In this document: positions 11,601-22,197 of the stretch, in pieces | How positions within the stretch are numbered: position 1 is the first letter of the stretch | Layout: every line of letters begins with the position of its first letter | Assembly: GCA_963749915.1 (NCBI GenBank) | Contig: CAVVOP010000008.1 | Location: 800,001 to 864,000, forward strand | Reading direction: 5' to 3' | Origin: an uncultured cyanobacterium | Lineage (GTDB): Bacteria > Cyanobacteriota > Cyanobacteriia > Cyanobacteriales > Cyanobacteriaceae | DNA: 64,000 bases | Notes under the pieces: generated by a model | Databases searched by the model: none | What the model was told of the DNA's origin: nothing | What the model saw: only the letters and a program-made list of their open reading frames with translations | Made by a program: the position numbers and the translations under genes

Positions 11601-11974
11601 GTCAAAGCAGCGTTAATAATGGCAATATTATCAGATTGTCCACGAAAACCGAACCCCATCTGATTAACTTTAATACTGTAGTTAATTTTGGTAGCTTCTA
11701 ATTCCGATTTTGATTGGTTGACTAGCTGTGCTCTACCCCCTTCAATCACCTGTACTACTCCCACCCCTAATAATGCCACGATGGAGACAGTTTGGGCGGT
11801 CAATAATACGATAAGTTGTTTTTTACGAATAGAGAGATTATAAAACCATGCAACAATGGGAGAACGTTGTTTGGGCGATGGGGAAATAATACCCCGATCC
11901 TCCATGGGCTGTGATGACTCAGAAGTGGTTTTGTCGTCAATATTTAGTTTTGGTCTTTCTGGTGCTTGTGTCAT
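8606..11974 (-). CDS. Methyl-accepting phototaxis receptor (PixJ-like): TM, periplasmic domain, HAMP, two CBCR GAFs, MCP signalling domain
   Basis: GAF1 DPCIP...PEH; GAF2 DPCF...DCH; MCP hairpin [31 protein letters not shown]. Confidence 0.9.
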   Translation of the reverse strand: [1122 protein letters not shown]

Positions 11975-12080
11975 GGTTCCTTAGTTAACAATTGATAGTT
12001 GAGGGACGGGCAAATTTTAAACAATTAAGGTCAAAAATGGTGGGTTGTTTTCGCATAATTTCCCCATTATGGTCCATGGC

Positions 12081-15000
12081 TTATTTGACTTTGAATTGAC
12101 TGACACTTCGTTCTAGGTTTTCAGCTACCCCTAACAGTTTTTTGAAACTTTGAGATACTTTTGTTACCGCCGTGGAGGTATCGTTAGAAATTCCCGCTAC
12201 ATCTGCCATAGTTTTCGTAATATCTTCGGAGGTTCGGGACTGCTCTGCGGCGGCGGTGGCGATCGCTGTTACTAACTGGTTAATTTGGGCTGAGGCATTA
12301 GTAATGTCAGTCAAGGAGGATCGGGTTTCTTCCACCAGTCTTGTACCCTTTACTACTTGTTGTGTACCAGATTCCATCGCCTTGACTACTTCGTTGGTTT
12401 CTTCCTGAATTTCAGCAACCACCTTCTCGATTTCCGCAGTGGCAGAGGCGGATTGACGGGCAAGAGATCGAACCTCTTCCGCTACCACCGCAAAACCTCG
12501 TCCTTCTTCCCCCGCGTGGGCTGCCTCAATAGAAGCATTTAAGGCTAAGAGGTTAGTTTGATCCGCAAAACTACTGATGAGGTTAACTACTTTAGAAATT
12601 TTCTGGGTGGATTCCCCTAGACGTTTAACTTTTTTTGCCGTTTCCGCTACGGTTTCACGAATGGCAAGAATACCATCTACTGTGCGGTTCATGGCGACGT
12701 CCCCTTCCTCCACACTGCGGTTAGCCTGTTTAACCGCTGTTTCCGCTTGTTCGGCGTTATCGAGTACCAGACGAGCGGAAAAGGCCAAGGTTTGGATTTT
12801 TTCAAGGGCGATATTAATGTCATCCCCTTGGCGGATAATCTCTGTTGCTAAATTTTCCACAAATTCTTCTTGTTCGACAATAACCTCACTTACCGCTTTT
12901 GTACCCCCTTGTACTTGGGTTACAATTCTTCTTAAACTCTCGATGGTGGCATTATAAGAGTCAGCGATGGTCCCAATTTCATCTTCCGTCACACTAGCAC
13001 GAATGGTTAAGTCACCCTGAGAAACAGGATCAACTTGCATGAGTAATTCTAACGCTCGTCGTTGGATGGTTTCCCTTGCTTTTATTTGTTCTAACTCCGA
13101 TTGTTTTTGTTTGGCTAACAATTGTATTCGTTCTAAAGCAGGACCAATTTGAGTAGCAAGTTGAGATAAGAAAGTACATTCTGAATCTGTCCATTGACGG
13201 GGGGCATCACATTGATGAGCGATTAATAATCCTAGTAAACTACCTTCGACAACAATGGGAGTAACTAAGTTAGCTTTAACTTCAAAAGGTTCTAATTGTT
13301 GGATGTGACAGTTGGTTAATCCCGCGGTGTAGATGTTATTGGTAGCTTGCACTCGCCCTTGTTTATATTTATCTATATATTTTTCGGCAAAACAAGGATC
13401 TTTGATATTTGCCCCTAATGCCCTGGGATATTTAGGATCTACCGATTCAACAATAATTGTCCCTTGCCAATCCTGATCAAAGGTATAAACGATTACTCGA
13501 TCTGTTCTCAACGCTTCTCTACCCATGTTAGTAGCTACTTCAAACACCTTATCTTTGTTTAAAGATTCAGCAATTTTGAAACTAATATCCTTTAATTTAC
13601 CAGACAAGAAAGTGTCTAACTGCTGAGATTGTAACAACATTGCCCGTTCTAAAGCGGGTCCCATTTGGGTGGCAGTTTGTGTGAAAAAATCTATTTCACT
13701 ACTTTCCCAGTTGCGGGTAGATGAACATTGATGGGCGATTAATAACCCTAATAATTTTCCATCTGCGATAACGGGGGCAACTAAGTTAGCTTTGACGGCA
13801 AAAGGTTCTAATTGTTTGAGGTGACATTCGGTTAATCCTGCTTTGTAAATATCGGAGGTGGCTTGTACCCGTCCTTGAATATATTTATCTACATATTTAT
13901 CGGCAAAACAAGGATCAAGAATTTGCGCTCCTAAGGCTTTAGGATAATTTATGTCAACGGATTCAGCGATAACTGTCCCTTTCCACCTTTCATCAAAACT
14001 ATAGACAATTACTCGATCAGATTGCAACGCCTGTCGAATTTCCTTCACGGCAATTTCAAAAACCTCTTTAACATTGAATGCCTTAGTCATTTCTAGGGTA
14101 ATATTTTTCAATAAACCAGACTGGTTAGCGAATATTTGTTGTTCTTGTAGAAGGTTTCTCAATTGTTTTGTCATTTGGTTGATGTTTTTACCCAAAGTCG
14201 CAATTTCATCGTTACCTTGAACATCTACCTCTATGTCTAAGTCCCCTGCACTAATTTTTTTAATAGTATCAGTGGTTTTTTCCAGGGGGGTAATAAGACG
14301 TTGTGCTAAAATATAGGCGATATAACCCACCAAAGCAGATGATAAAGCTACCCCTAAGAAAATAAAGTTTAAAATTCTGTTAATGGGGGCTAAAACAACA
14401 TTAGTATCCCCTGCAACAATCGTCGTCCAATTCAAACCTAACTTATCTTGTACCGGATTAAATTTTTGGAAAGTAATGATTTGTTTGGTATTTGTTAACT
14501 GATTTTTGTCGGTAATACTTGATATTCCTGAATCATCTTCTACCCACTTTAGTTTTGGAAAAACTTGGTCTATGTTAATGGGTTTCAATTCTTGATCTTT
14601 AATGACTCTCCCCGCTGAGTTTTTGTTATTCGTTAAAAATTCATCTAGGGTGGATAAAAATAATTCGTTATTTGCATTAGCTAAATAAATAATTTCTCCT
14701 TTTTTTGCTTCACTTTTAGTAAGAATTTTTTGTATTGTTTTAACGGGTAGCCGACTACGGATAAAGCCCTCATTTTGCCCTGTAACGGGATTTTTTAACA
14801 CCGAAGCAAAGTAAATATTAAAAGTGCCATCAGTACCTGAAATTAATGGTTGACTAATAACCGCACCATTTCTCGCTTTGGCTTCCTGTATATAACTTCG
14901 GTTAAGATGATTTTCTAATGGTTTTCCTTCAGTTTGGGCTATAGGATTACCTTGATTATCAAAAATAGCGATACTATTATAATAACCATAAAGTTTTTGA

Positions 15001-15476
15001 ATTTCATTCAAACTCTTTGATAGTTCAGCCTTGTTTTTGGTTCGAAAAGCAGAAGTTTCGCTGAATTTTTTAGCAAAAGTTTGTATGTCTAAAAAGCGAT
15101 CATTAATCAGTAAATTAATTTCCCTAGATACCAATTCTAATTCTTGTTTTTCTTGATTTTCGATTTCCATCCGGAATGAAGAATTAACCAACCCTGAAAT
15201 TATGGTACCGACAAATAAAACGGGCAAAACCCCTAAAGTAATGGCTACAGCAGTACTTTTAAACTTAAGATTTTGGTTCTGCCACCAAGTAACAATCTCT
15301 GGATCCTTTTTCTTTTGCCTAATTGGTTGATTTGTTTTATTTTTACTTACTGATGATGAAATAATGGTAGGTGTAGTTTGACCGTTGCTCGATGATTGAT
15401 TAATAGGAGAAGAAACGTTATTTTTGGTTTCAACTTTTTTTTCTTGATCGGGTTGTTGTGGAGAAGTTTGGGTCAT
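12081..15476 (-). CDS. Methyl-accepting phototaxis receptor (PixJ-like) with Cache-like periplasmic domain, HAMP and two DXCF CBCR GAFs
   Basis: Both GAFs carry DPCF and CH (ECH, NCH); MCP hairpin [31 protein letters not shown]. Confidence 0.9.
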   Translation of the reverse strand: MTQTSPQQPDQEKKVETKNNVSSPINQSSSNGQTTPTIISSSVSKNKTNQPIRQKKKDPEIVTWWQNQNLKFKSTAVAITLGVLPVLFVGTIISGLVNSSFRMEIENQEKQELELVSREINLLINDRFLDIQTFAKKFSETSAFRTKNKAELSKSLNEIQKLYGYYNSIAIFDNQGNPIAQTEGKPLENHLNRSYIQEAKARNGAVISQPLISGTDGTFNIYFASVLKNPVTGQNEGFIRSRLPVKTIQKILTKSEAKKGEIIYLANANNELFLSTLDEFLTNNKNSAGRVIKDQELKPINIDQVFPKLKWVEDDSGISSITDKNQLTNTKQIITFQKFNPVQDKLGLNWTTIVAGDTNVVLAPINRILNFIFLGVALSSALVGYIAYILAQRLITPLEKTTDTIKKISAGDLDIEVDVQGNDEIATLGKNINQMTKQLRNLLQEQQIFANQSGLLKNITLEMTKAFNVKEVFEIAVKEIRQALQSDRVIVYSFDERWKGTVIAESVDINYPKALGAQILDPCFADKYVDKYIQGRVQATSDIYKAGLTECHLKQLEPFAVKANLVAPVIADGKLLGLLIAHQCSSTRNWESSEIDFFTQTATQMGPALERAMLLQSQQLDTFLSGKLKDISFKIAESLNKDKVFEVATNMGREALRTDRVIVYTFDQDWQGTIIVESVDPKYPRALGANIKDPCFAEKYIDKYKQGRVQATNNIYTAGLTNCHIQQLEPFEVKANLVTPIVVEGSLLGLLIAHQCDAPRQWTDSECTFLSQLATQIGPALERIQLLAKQKQSELEQIKARETIQRRALELLMQVDPVSQGDLTIRASVTEDEIGTIADSYNATIESLRRIVTQVQGGTKAVSEVIVEQEEFVENLATEIIRQGDDINIALEKIQTLAFSARLVLDNAEQAETAVKQANRSVEEGDVAMNRTVDGILAIRETVAETAKKVKRLGESTQKISKVVNLISSFADQTNLLALNASIEAAHAGEEGRGFAVVAEEVRSLARQSASATAEIEKVVAEIQEETNEVVKAMESGTQQVVKGTRLVEETRSSLTDITNASAQINQLVTAIATAAAEQSRTSEDITKTMADVAGISNDTSTAVTKVSQSFKKLLGVAENLERSVSQFKVK

Positions 15477-15632
15477 TGAATCTTTCCTCTAATGATTTAC
15501 GCTGAAATTAAACTTAAGTATTTTTACGTACCATTATTACGTACTATTAAGAGTTATTAGTTATTTAATATATTCTCTTAATTTTAACTCAATTCAAAGG
15601 AATTAAATCTTTTAAATTTTTCCTAACCCACC

Positions 15633-16769
15633 CTAAAGATTCTCAAATTGTCTCATGAACGTCTTGTCTAAATATTTTTTCCAATACCATAACATAGGCG
15701 ATTCCCAACCGAGAGAACCCCACATGGCTACAGCACTTTGATTACCTATACCGATTATATTTAGATAACATTTTTGGGGATGATAGGATTTTAAGGGTTT
15801 TTTATTTAGAAAACGGCAAATATTTTCATATAATGGTTTTCCTTGTTTGACGGCGAAAACTCCAGCTTTGGGATAAGGATTATTAACCATAGTTGCAATA
15901 TCTCCCGTAGCAAAAATAAAGTCGTAATTCACACTTTGTAGAGTATTTTTAATAAGAATAAAACCTTCCTTATCAGTGGAAATTGAGCTATTTTTTAACC
16001 ATAAAGGTGCGGTGCCTTGGGTCACTAAAAAATGATAATCTGCACTAATTTTTAGCCCTGATTCGGTGATAATATTGTCTTGATGAACAGCCTTAACGGT
16101 GGTATTTAGATAAAGATTAATGTTTTTACTTTTGAGGATTTCTGCTAATTTATGACTAACCCATTCATTCTGATTTGATAATAATTTTTCTCTTTTATGA
16201 ATTAAGTTAATGGCTAATTTATTTAGAGGTAAAATACCGATTAATTTTTGATAAGTATTAAGAGTTAATTCAACACCTCCTGCACCACCACCAATAATAT
16301 TTAAAGTTAATAATTTATTTTGATTTTGTTTTGCTTTATCAATAATTTCTTGCCATCTTTCTAAGAATAAATTAACTGGTTTTGCAGGAATACTATATAA
16401 ATTTGCACCCTCAATTTCACTATTTTTGGGCGTACTGCCAATGTCGATACTAACTATGTCAAAATCTACTTGATTGCCTGATTGACAAACAATTTTTTTT
16501 CTCTTTGCATCTATATCGATCACCTGATCAATAATTAATTTTATCTTGGCAAATTTGGCTAGTTTTTCAAGATTAATATGAGTTTCTTCATAGTTATAAT
16601 AACCCCCTAAATATCCAGGCAACATTCCCGAATAAGGAGTATTTTTAACATTACTAATTAAGGTTACTTTTATTCCTAATACTGGTTTTTTGCCCCATAA
16701 CTTCAAGGCGATCCCATGGCTATGACCACCGCCGATAAAGACTAAATTAAACATAAAAAAAATAGCCAA
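15633..16769 (-). CDS. FAD-dependent pyridine nucleotide-disulfide oxidoreductase (type often fused to SelD)
   Basis: IGGGHSH, TPYSGMLPG, IIGGGAGGVE, FATGD and PKAGVFAV motifs. Confidence 0.8.
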   Translation of the reverse strand: MAIFFMFNLVFIGGGHSHGIALKLWGKKPVLGIKVTLISNVKNTPYSGMLPGYLGGYYNYEETHINLEKLAKFAKIKLIIDQVIDIDAKRKKIVCQSGNQVDFDIVSIDIGSTPKNSEIEGANLYSIPAKPVNLFLERWQEIIDKAKQNQNKLLTLNIIGGGAGGVELTLNTYQKLIGILPLNKLAINLIHKREKLLSNQNEWVSHKLAEILKSKNINLYLNTTVKAVHQDNIITESGLKISADYHFLVTQGTAPLWLKNSSISTDKEGFILIKNTLQSVNYDFIFATGDIATMVNNPYPKAGVFAVKQGKPLYENICRFLNKKPLKSYHPQKCYLNIIGIGNQSAVAMWGSLGWESPMLWYWKKYLDKTFMRQFENL

Positions 16770-16898
16770 GGATTAAATTGTTTATTCCAGGATTCCTTGA
16801 TCAACGGGAAAAAGTCTGCTTGCAGAAGTCAGGGAATGAGGAATAGTTTGATGGTGAAGAAACCTTAGTTATTAATTGTTAATTGTCATTGTTAATTG

Positions 16899-17645
16899 TT
16901 AAACGGCTACATTAACAGAAGCGCAATTCAAGGCTTCCACCAAACTGCGTACTACTGCAATCATCGCTATTTGATCATTTAATTTATTTACAGCAGAACC
17001 AACCCCTACTCCATCAGCACCTGCAGCGATCGCCATGGAGACAGTAACATTAGATAAGCCAGAAGCACACATAACAGGTACTTCAACTGCACGGGAAATG
17101 GCATGGGCGGCGGCGAGGGTCGGAGATGCTTTTTCAATTAAACCTAAAATACCGCTATGATTGGGGTTAGAACTTGTGCCGCCTTCGGTTTGAATCATAT
17201 CGGCACCGGCAGAAACCAGGGCTTGAGCTAATTCTACTTGTTCGTCAAGGGCTAAAATATGAGGTACAGTGACACAAAGAGTCACATTAGGTAATAAAGC
17301 ACGGGTTTCCCTGGTTAGGCGTAAGACATCCTCCGCGGAAAAAGTGATACCTTGAGTGTAAAAACTATCAAAGTTACCAATTTCAACTAAATCTGCACCA
17401 GCTTCTACCGCAGACACCAACAATTCAGGGTTGATGGCGGATACACAGATGGGAAGATTAACTAATTGACCCACGGTTTTAATTAAATTGACATCGGCGG
17501 CAATATCCACAAAAGTTGCACCACCTAATTCAGCTGCCTTACATACTGCTACGACATTATCCCCATCGAAATTATTTAAACCGCTAATAACTTTGAGGGC
17601 TTTTTTTGTAGCGAATGCTTGGGCTAATTTAGAGTTGTTAATCAT
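16899..17645 (-). CDS. DUF561/Ycf23 family TIM-barrel protein
   Basis: LKVISGLNNFD, GATFVDIAAD, IEIGNFD-like and IQTEGG motifs. Confidence 0.8.
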   Translation of the reverse strand: MINNSKLAQAFATKKALKVISGLNNFDGDNVVAVCKAAELGGATFVDIAADVNLIKTVGQLVNLPICVSAINPELLVSAVEAGADLVEIGNFDSFYTQGITFSAEDVLRLTRETRALLPNVTLCVTVPHILALDEQVELAQALVSAGADMIQTEGGTSSNPNHSGILGLIEKASPTLAAAHAISRAVEVPVMCASGLSNVTVSMAIAAGADGVGVGSAVNKLNDQIAMIAVVRSLVEALNCASVNVAV

Positions 17646-17786
17646 AGTTAAACTTAAAATTTGTGACGTTTTAACTTCTGATCATAACAAAATATAGCCC
17701 CTAAATAGCCAAGTTTGGGGACTTTTTTATATTTTTTCATTCAATCTCAAATTTTGGATTAATTCCCCCCCCATTAGAGACAAAAT

Positions 17787-18983
17787 TTAGCAACTTTTAG
17801 ATGTAAAAATTTTCTCGATAACATCTTCCACCACTTTATCAGGAGTTGATGCACCAGAGGTTATACCTACGGTAATTTTTCCTTGGGGAAGCCAATTTTC
17901 CTTAATTTCTAAGTCAGTTTCTAGGGGTTTATGTTCAATTTTGTTATCTAAATAAATTCTTTGTGCACTGTCAATATGATAAGAAGGAATATTATATTCT
18001 ACAGAAATTTCTTGTAAATGAGTTGTGTTAGAAGAGTTAAAGCCACCGATGACGACAATTAAATCCAGTTTTTCTTTGACTAAATCTAACATGGCATCTT
18101 GTCTTTCTTGGGTTGCGTCACAGATAGTATTAAAACTCATAAAATGTTCGTTTAACTCTGTGGGAGGATATTTTTTAAGCATAGTTTGTTCAAATAATTT
18201 CCCAATGGCTTCCGTTTCACTTTTTAACATGGTGGTTTGATTCGCTATGCCTACTCTTTCTAAGTCGGTATTGGGATTAAATCCTTGGGAATAGGCATTT
18301 TTAAATTTTGTCAGAAATTCTGTGGGGTCGCCGCCATTGAGAATATAATTAGCGACATATTGTGCTTCAGTCAAGTTCAAAACCACTAAATAAGTATCGG
18401 CAAAAGAACTTGTAGCAATGGTTTCTTCATGTTTATACTTACCGTGAATAATGGAGGTATAACTGCGTTTTTTGTGCTTTTCAACGGAATTCCAGACTTT
18501 AGATACCCAAGGACAAGTTGTGTCAACAATGGTACAACCCTTTTCATCGAGTAACTGCATTTCACTGACGCTAGCACCAAAAGCAGGTAAAATGACAACT
18601 TCATTACTATTAACCACAGAAAAATCTTTTAACTCCCCATTTACGGGTATAAAATCGACATTCATCTCCTTCAGCCTTTGATTTACTGAGGGATTATGGA
18701 TAATTTCGTTAGTGATCCAGATTTTTTGCGTGGGGAAATGAGTGCGTGTTTCATAGGCCATCGCTACGGCCCTTTCTACACCCCAACAAAAACCGAAGGC
18801 TTCAGCAAGACGAATAGTAACATCACCTTTGGTAATTTGATAGTTGTTTTGGCGGATAGTTTGAATTAAACTGCTTTGATATTCTTGGTTTAAGGTTGCC
18901 GTTACTTCTTCTTGATGTCCAAATCCTTTGCGATGGTAGTTGTCTGACTGTTGCAAATTGCGTTTAAAGGTCTTAGTATCCAT
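17787..18983 (-). CDS. ispH: 4-hydroxy-3-methylbut-2-enyl diphosphate reductase
   Basis: [31 protein letters not shown] and TSGASTP motifs. Confidence 0.97.
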   Translation of the reverse strand: MDTKTFKRNLQQSDNYHRKGFGHQEEVTATLNQEYQSSLIQTIRQNNYQITKGDVTIRLAEAFGFCWGVERAVAMAYETRTHFPTQKIWITNEIIHNPSVNQRLKEMNVDFIPVNGELKDFSVVNSNEVVILPAFGASVSEMQLLDEKGCTIVDTTCPWVSKVWNSVEKHKKRSYTSIIHGKYKHEETIATSSFADTYLVVLNLTEAQYVANYILNGGDPTEFLTKFKNAYSQGFNPNTDLERVGIANQTTMLKSETEAIGKLFEQTMLKKYPPTELNEHFMSFNTICDATQERQDAMLDLVKEKLDLIVVIGGFNSSNTTHLQEISVEYNIPSYHIDSAQRIYLDNKIEHKPLETDLEIKENWLPQGKITVGITSGASTPDKVVEDVIEKIFTSKSC

Positions 18984-19100
18984 GAGTATCTAAAAAGTTG
19001 ATCATTATTTACAATATCTTAACTGAGTTCGGAGTTCAGAGTGGACAACTGATTTCGGAATGGGGAATTGAGTTCAGAGTGGGAAACTGAGGCGGGCATG

Positions 19101-19238
19101 AATACTGCGAGGGTTTTGGAAAATATAATTGTCGGCGGTGGTAAGGCAGGAGGCAGAAGGTAATAAATTCTAAATTCTAAATTCTAAATTCTAAATTACC
19201 CTCACAGTAATGTTTTCGGCACGCTTCCGAGCAGTATT
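19101..19238. mobile_element. MITE-like element family A (AATACTGC...GCAGTATT ends, internal TTCTAAA heptamers)
   Basis: 8-bp terminal inverted repeat; partial homologous copies at 32782-32853 (inverted), 50817-50881 and 55693-55747. Confidence 0.7.
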
Positions 19239-19249
19239 GAGGTGAGGAT

Positions 19250-20152
19250 TCATTGTCCATCAACTATTCCTGCATGGTAAGAACTGCGTACTAAAGGACC
19301 ACTACGCACATGGCTGAATCCCAGTGAATAGGCCGTTTTTCCTAACTCGTCAAATTCTGCGGGAGTCCAATATTTTTCCACGGGTAAGTGTGCCAATGAT
19401 GGTCGTAAATATTGACCTAAAGTAAGGCGATCGCAATTAACGCGTCTTAAATCTTCAAGGGTGTTGATAATTTCCCCTTTGGTTTCCCCCAACCCCAACA
19501 TTAAACCTGATTTCGTTGGTATAGAAAGATCTAATTCTTTTACCGTGGCTAAAACTCGCAATGAACGATCATATTTTGCCCCTCTTCTTACAGGATCTTG
19601 TAATCTGGCTACGGTTTCTAAATTGTGATTATAACAAGCAGGTTTCGCCGACACAATGATTTTAATCCTCTCCCTTTGTTGATTGATGGCATCTTTTCCC
19701 GTACCAAAATCAGGGGTTAATACCTCTATTTTCGTGTCAGGATTCATTTCGCGAATGGCATCCATTACCCTCACAAACCAACTCGCACCACCGTCTTTTA
19801 AGTCATCCCTTGCCACGGAGGTTAAAACTACATACTTTAATTCTAATAAATTAACTGCTTCTGCTACTTTCCTCGGTTCGTCTTCATCGAGAGGCATCGG
19901 CGAATGTCCTTTATCTACTTGACAAAATGCACAACTGCGGGTGCAGGTAGGACCCATTAATAAAAAAGTAGCGGTACCTTGGCTATAGCATTCTCCTCGA
20001 TGGGGACAACGTCCTTCCTCGCAAATAGTGTGAATTTGACGCTGTTTAACAATTTTTTGCACTTGGGAAATTTCTGAGGCCTTACCAATGGGCGATCGTA
20101 ACCACACAGGAAGATTGACTGAGGAAAATTCAGCGGAAGTCGTTTGAGTCAT
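19250..20152 (-). CDS. lipA: Lipoyl synthase
   Basis: [12 protein letters not shown] and CTRSCAFC clusters; C-terminal RSSYHA. Confidence 0.96.
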   Translation of the reverse strand: MTQTTSAEFSSVNLPVWLRSPIGKASEISQVQKIVKQRQIHTICEEGRCPHRGECYSQGTATFLLMGPTCTRSCAFCQVDKGHSPMPLDEDEPRKVAEAVNLLELKYVVLTSVARDDLKDGGASWFVRVMDAIREMNPDTKIEVLTPDFGTGKDAINQQRERIKIIVSAKPACYNHNLETVARLQDPVRRGAKYDRSLRVLATVKELDLSIPTKSGLMLGLGETKGEIINTLEDLRRVNCDRLTLGQYLRPSLAHLPVEKYWTPAEFDELGKTAYSLGFSHVRSGPLVRSSYHAGIVDGQ

Positions 20153-20249
20153 GGTAAAGAGGATAAAACATCAGAAAATAAATATTTTTGATCATATTTT
20201 AATATACTTAATAAGATTAAGGTTTTTATTTTTTGCAAGGAGTTTGATT

Positions 20250-20804
20250 ATGGCAAATCACAAAATTTTAGTTATTGATGACAGTATGGTCATTAGAAGG
20301 ACTGTAAAAGATATGTTGCCGCCGGAGAAATTTGAAGTGGTGGAAGCCAAAGACGGAGTTCAAGGCATGGAACTGATACATAATAGTAATCCTAACTTGA
20401 TTATGTTAGACTTCTTTTTACCAAAAATGAGCGGATGGGAAGTTTATCAAGAAATACAAAAAAATCCCCAATTGAAGGCGATTCCTTTACTGTTAATGTC
20501 TGGTAGAAAAGATGAAGTAACAGAGAAAATACCCGAACCATTTGAATTTTTCTCTTTCTTGGAAAAACCCTTTGATCAAAAACAGTTGATTCAAGGTATC
20601 CGCGACTCCATGGAAAAATCCAAGAAATTAGCCCAATTAACTGATAGCAGAACCACTTTAGCAAAAACTACCCAAAGCGGTACTATGAGTAATGCAGAAA
20701 TTGAACAATTACAAGCTAGAATGGCTCATTTAGAATCAGAAGTCGCAAAATTGAAAAAACAACAGGGTCAACTTATCTCTTTCATCAAGAAAAAATTACA
20801 GTAA
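20250..20804 (+). CDS. Response regulator (receiver plus C-terminal coiled coil)
   Basis: KILVIDDS...LIMLDFFLP...EKPF. ATG at 20250 follows AAGGAG and is preferred over the track start at 20151. Confidence 0.85.
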   Translation: MANHKILVIDDSMVIRRTVKDMLPPEKFEVVEAKDGVQGMELIHNSNPNLIMLDFFLPKMSGWEVYQEIQKNPQLKAIPLLLMSGRKDEVTEKIPEPFEFFSFLEKPFDQKQLIQGIRDSMEKSKKLAQLTDSRTTLAKTTQSGTMSNAEIEQLQARMAHLESEVAKLKKQQGQLISFIKKKLQ

Positions 20805-20808
20805 ATTT

Positions 20809-21012
20809 ATGTTAATTATCAACCAATTCTTTTTTCTGTTTAAGGTTTTATTTTTCTCCACTGTTATCTCTATTTTAATTAAATATGGGTTGGATAACTT
20901 GTTAATTCAAGAGGCAGTATATCTAGCCCCCGTCATTATTTTTGCCCCTGTAATTATTATATTGATTCTCCTAATAATAAGACAAAATACACAAGGTGAA
21001 ATACAAAAGTAA
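20809..21012 (+). CDS. Small two-TM membrane protein
   Basis: 67 aa hydrophobic ORF in operon-like spacing between neighbours. Confidence 0.6.
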   Translation: MLIINQFFFLFKVLFFSTVISILIKYGLDNLLIQEAVYLAPVIIFAPVIIILILLIIRQNTQGEIQK

Positions 21013-21065
21013 ATAAATAAAAAGCAGAAATAAATCAGTTATCAACTACTAACTATTAACTATTA

Positions 21066-22097
21066 ATGATGAACTTTGCTAAATGGATTAGTTTTAGTGT
21101 CGTTATAATTTGTATTTATATTCTTTGGCAAATAAGACAAATACTACTATTAGCTTTAACTGCCGTTGTTTTTGCTTTAACTTTAAATATTTTAGTCAAC
21201 AAACTAATGGATTTCGGTTTTAAAAGAATCTATGGAATTTTATTGTCCGTAGCAAGTTTATTTACCTTAATAATCCTCTTATTTTTAATATTAGTTCCTT
21301 CTCTTCTTTCTCAATTTCAAGAATTATTTACTCTCGTAACCCAAGGAATAAATAAGTTAATCTTGGAATTAAATAATATTAAATATTATCTTTCTCCGGA
21401 TTTTACCGAGTCTCTACCAGATCTTGAAGAAATTTTAATACAGTTACAGCCCATACTCACTAATTTATATAAAAAGGGTTTTAATGTTGTTTTTGGTTTT
21501 TTTGGTGTTTTGTTAAGTAGCTTATTATTACTAGCTTTAACCTTAATGATCCTCGTTGATCCCTTACCCTATAAACAGGGCTTTATTCGGTTATTTCCTA
21601 ACTTTTATCGCCCTCGAATTAATACTATTTTAAACCAAGCTCAAACTGATTTAGAAGAATGGTTAGCGGATATGTTCATTAAAATCATCAGCGTAACTAT
21701 TTTAACTTTTTTCTGTTTATTAATTCTTCGTGTACCTTTAGTATTCCCTCAAGCATTATTAGCGGGGATTTTAGCTTTTATCCCTTATATTGGCCCAAGT
21801 ATTAGTGTTATTTCTCCCATGGCCATCGCTTTTCTATATTCGCCATGGATATCTTGGTTAATCTTGATCATGTATATTGCTATTTATCAGATTACTGACA
21901 AAATAATAATACCGAAACTAAGAAAAAACAGAGTAGTTTTAATTTCAGCTAATGTAATTATCGGAGAAGTTATTTTTGCCAACTTTTTAGGCTTACTCGG
22001 ATTATTTTTAGCCTTACCACTAATAATTATCACCCAAATTTTGATCAAAGAAATTTTGATCAATGATATTTTCGATCATTGGCAAATCAAACAATGA
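21066..22097 (+). CDS. AI-2E (PerM) family transporter
   Basis: Polytopic hydrophobic pattern; LAFIPYIGP and GLLGLFLALP motifs. Confidence 0.85.
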   Translation: MMNFAKWISFSVVIICIYILWQIRQILLLALTAVVFALTLNILVNKLMDFGFKRIYGILLSVASLFTLIILLFLILVPSLLSQFQELFTLVTQGINKLILELNNIKYYLSPDFTESLPDLEEILIQLQPILTNLYKKGFNVVFGFFGVLLSSLLLLALTLMILVDPLPYKQGFIRLFPNFYRPRINTILNQAQTDLEEWLADMFIKIISVTILTFFCLLILRVPLVFPQALLAGILAFIPYIGPSISVISPMAIAFLYSPWISWLILIMYIAIYQITDKIIIPKLRKNRVVLISANVIIGEVIFANFLGLLGLFLALPLIIITQILIKEILINDIFDHWQIKQ

Positions 22098-22197
22098 ACA
22101 ATGAATAATTAGCAATCAGTTGTCAATTTCCTGATTATCTCTACTCACATTTAATAGAAAGTTGATACAATACGGAATAAAATAATTAAGATCGATT

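Noticed and set aside
15633..16769. Selenophosphate synthetase / selenium system
   Set aside because: Only the oxidoreductase domain is present; there is no SelD domain or other sel gene in the window.
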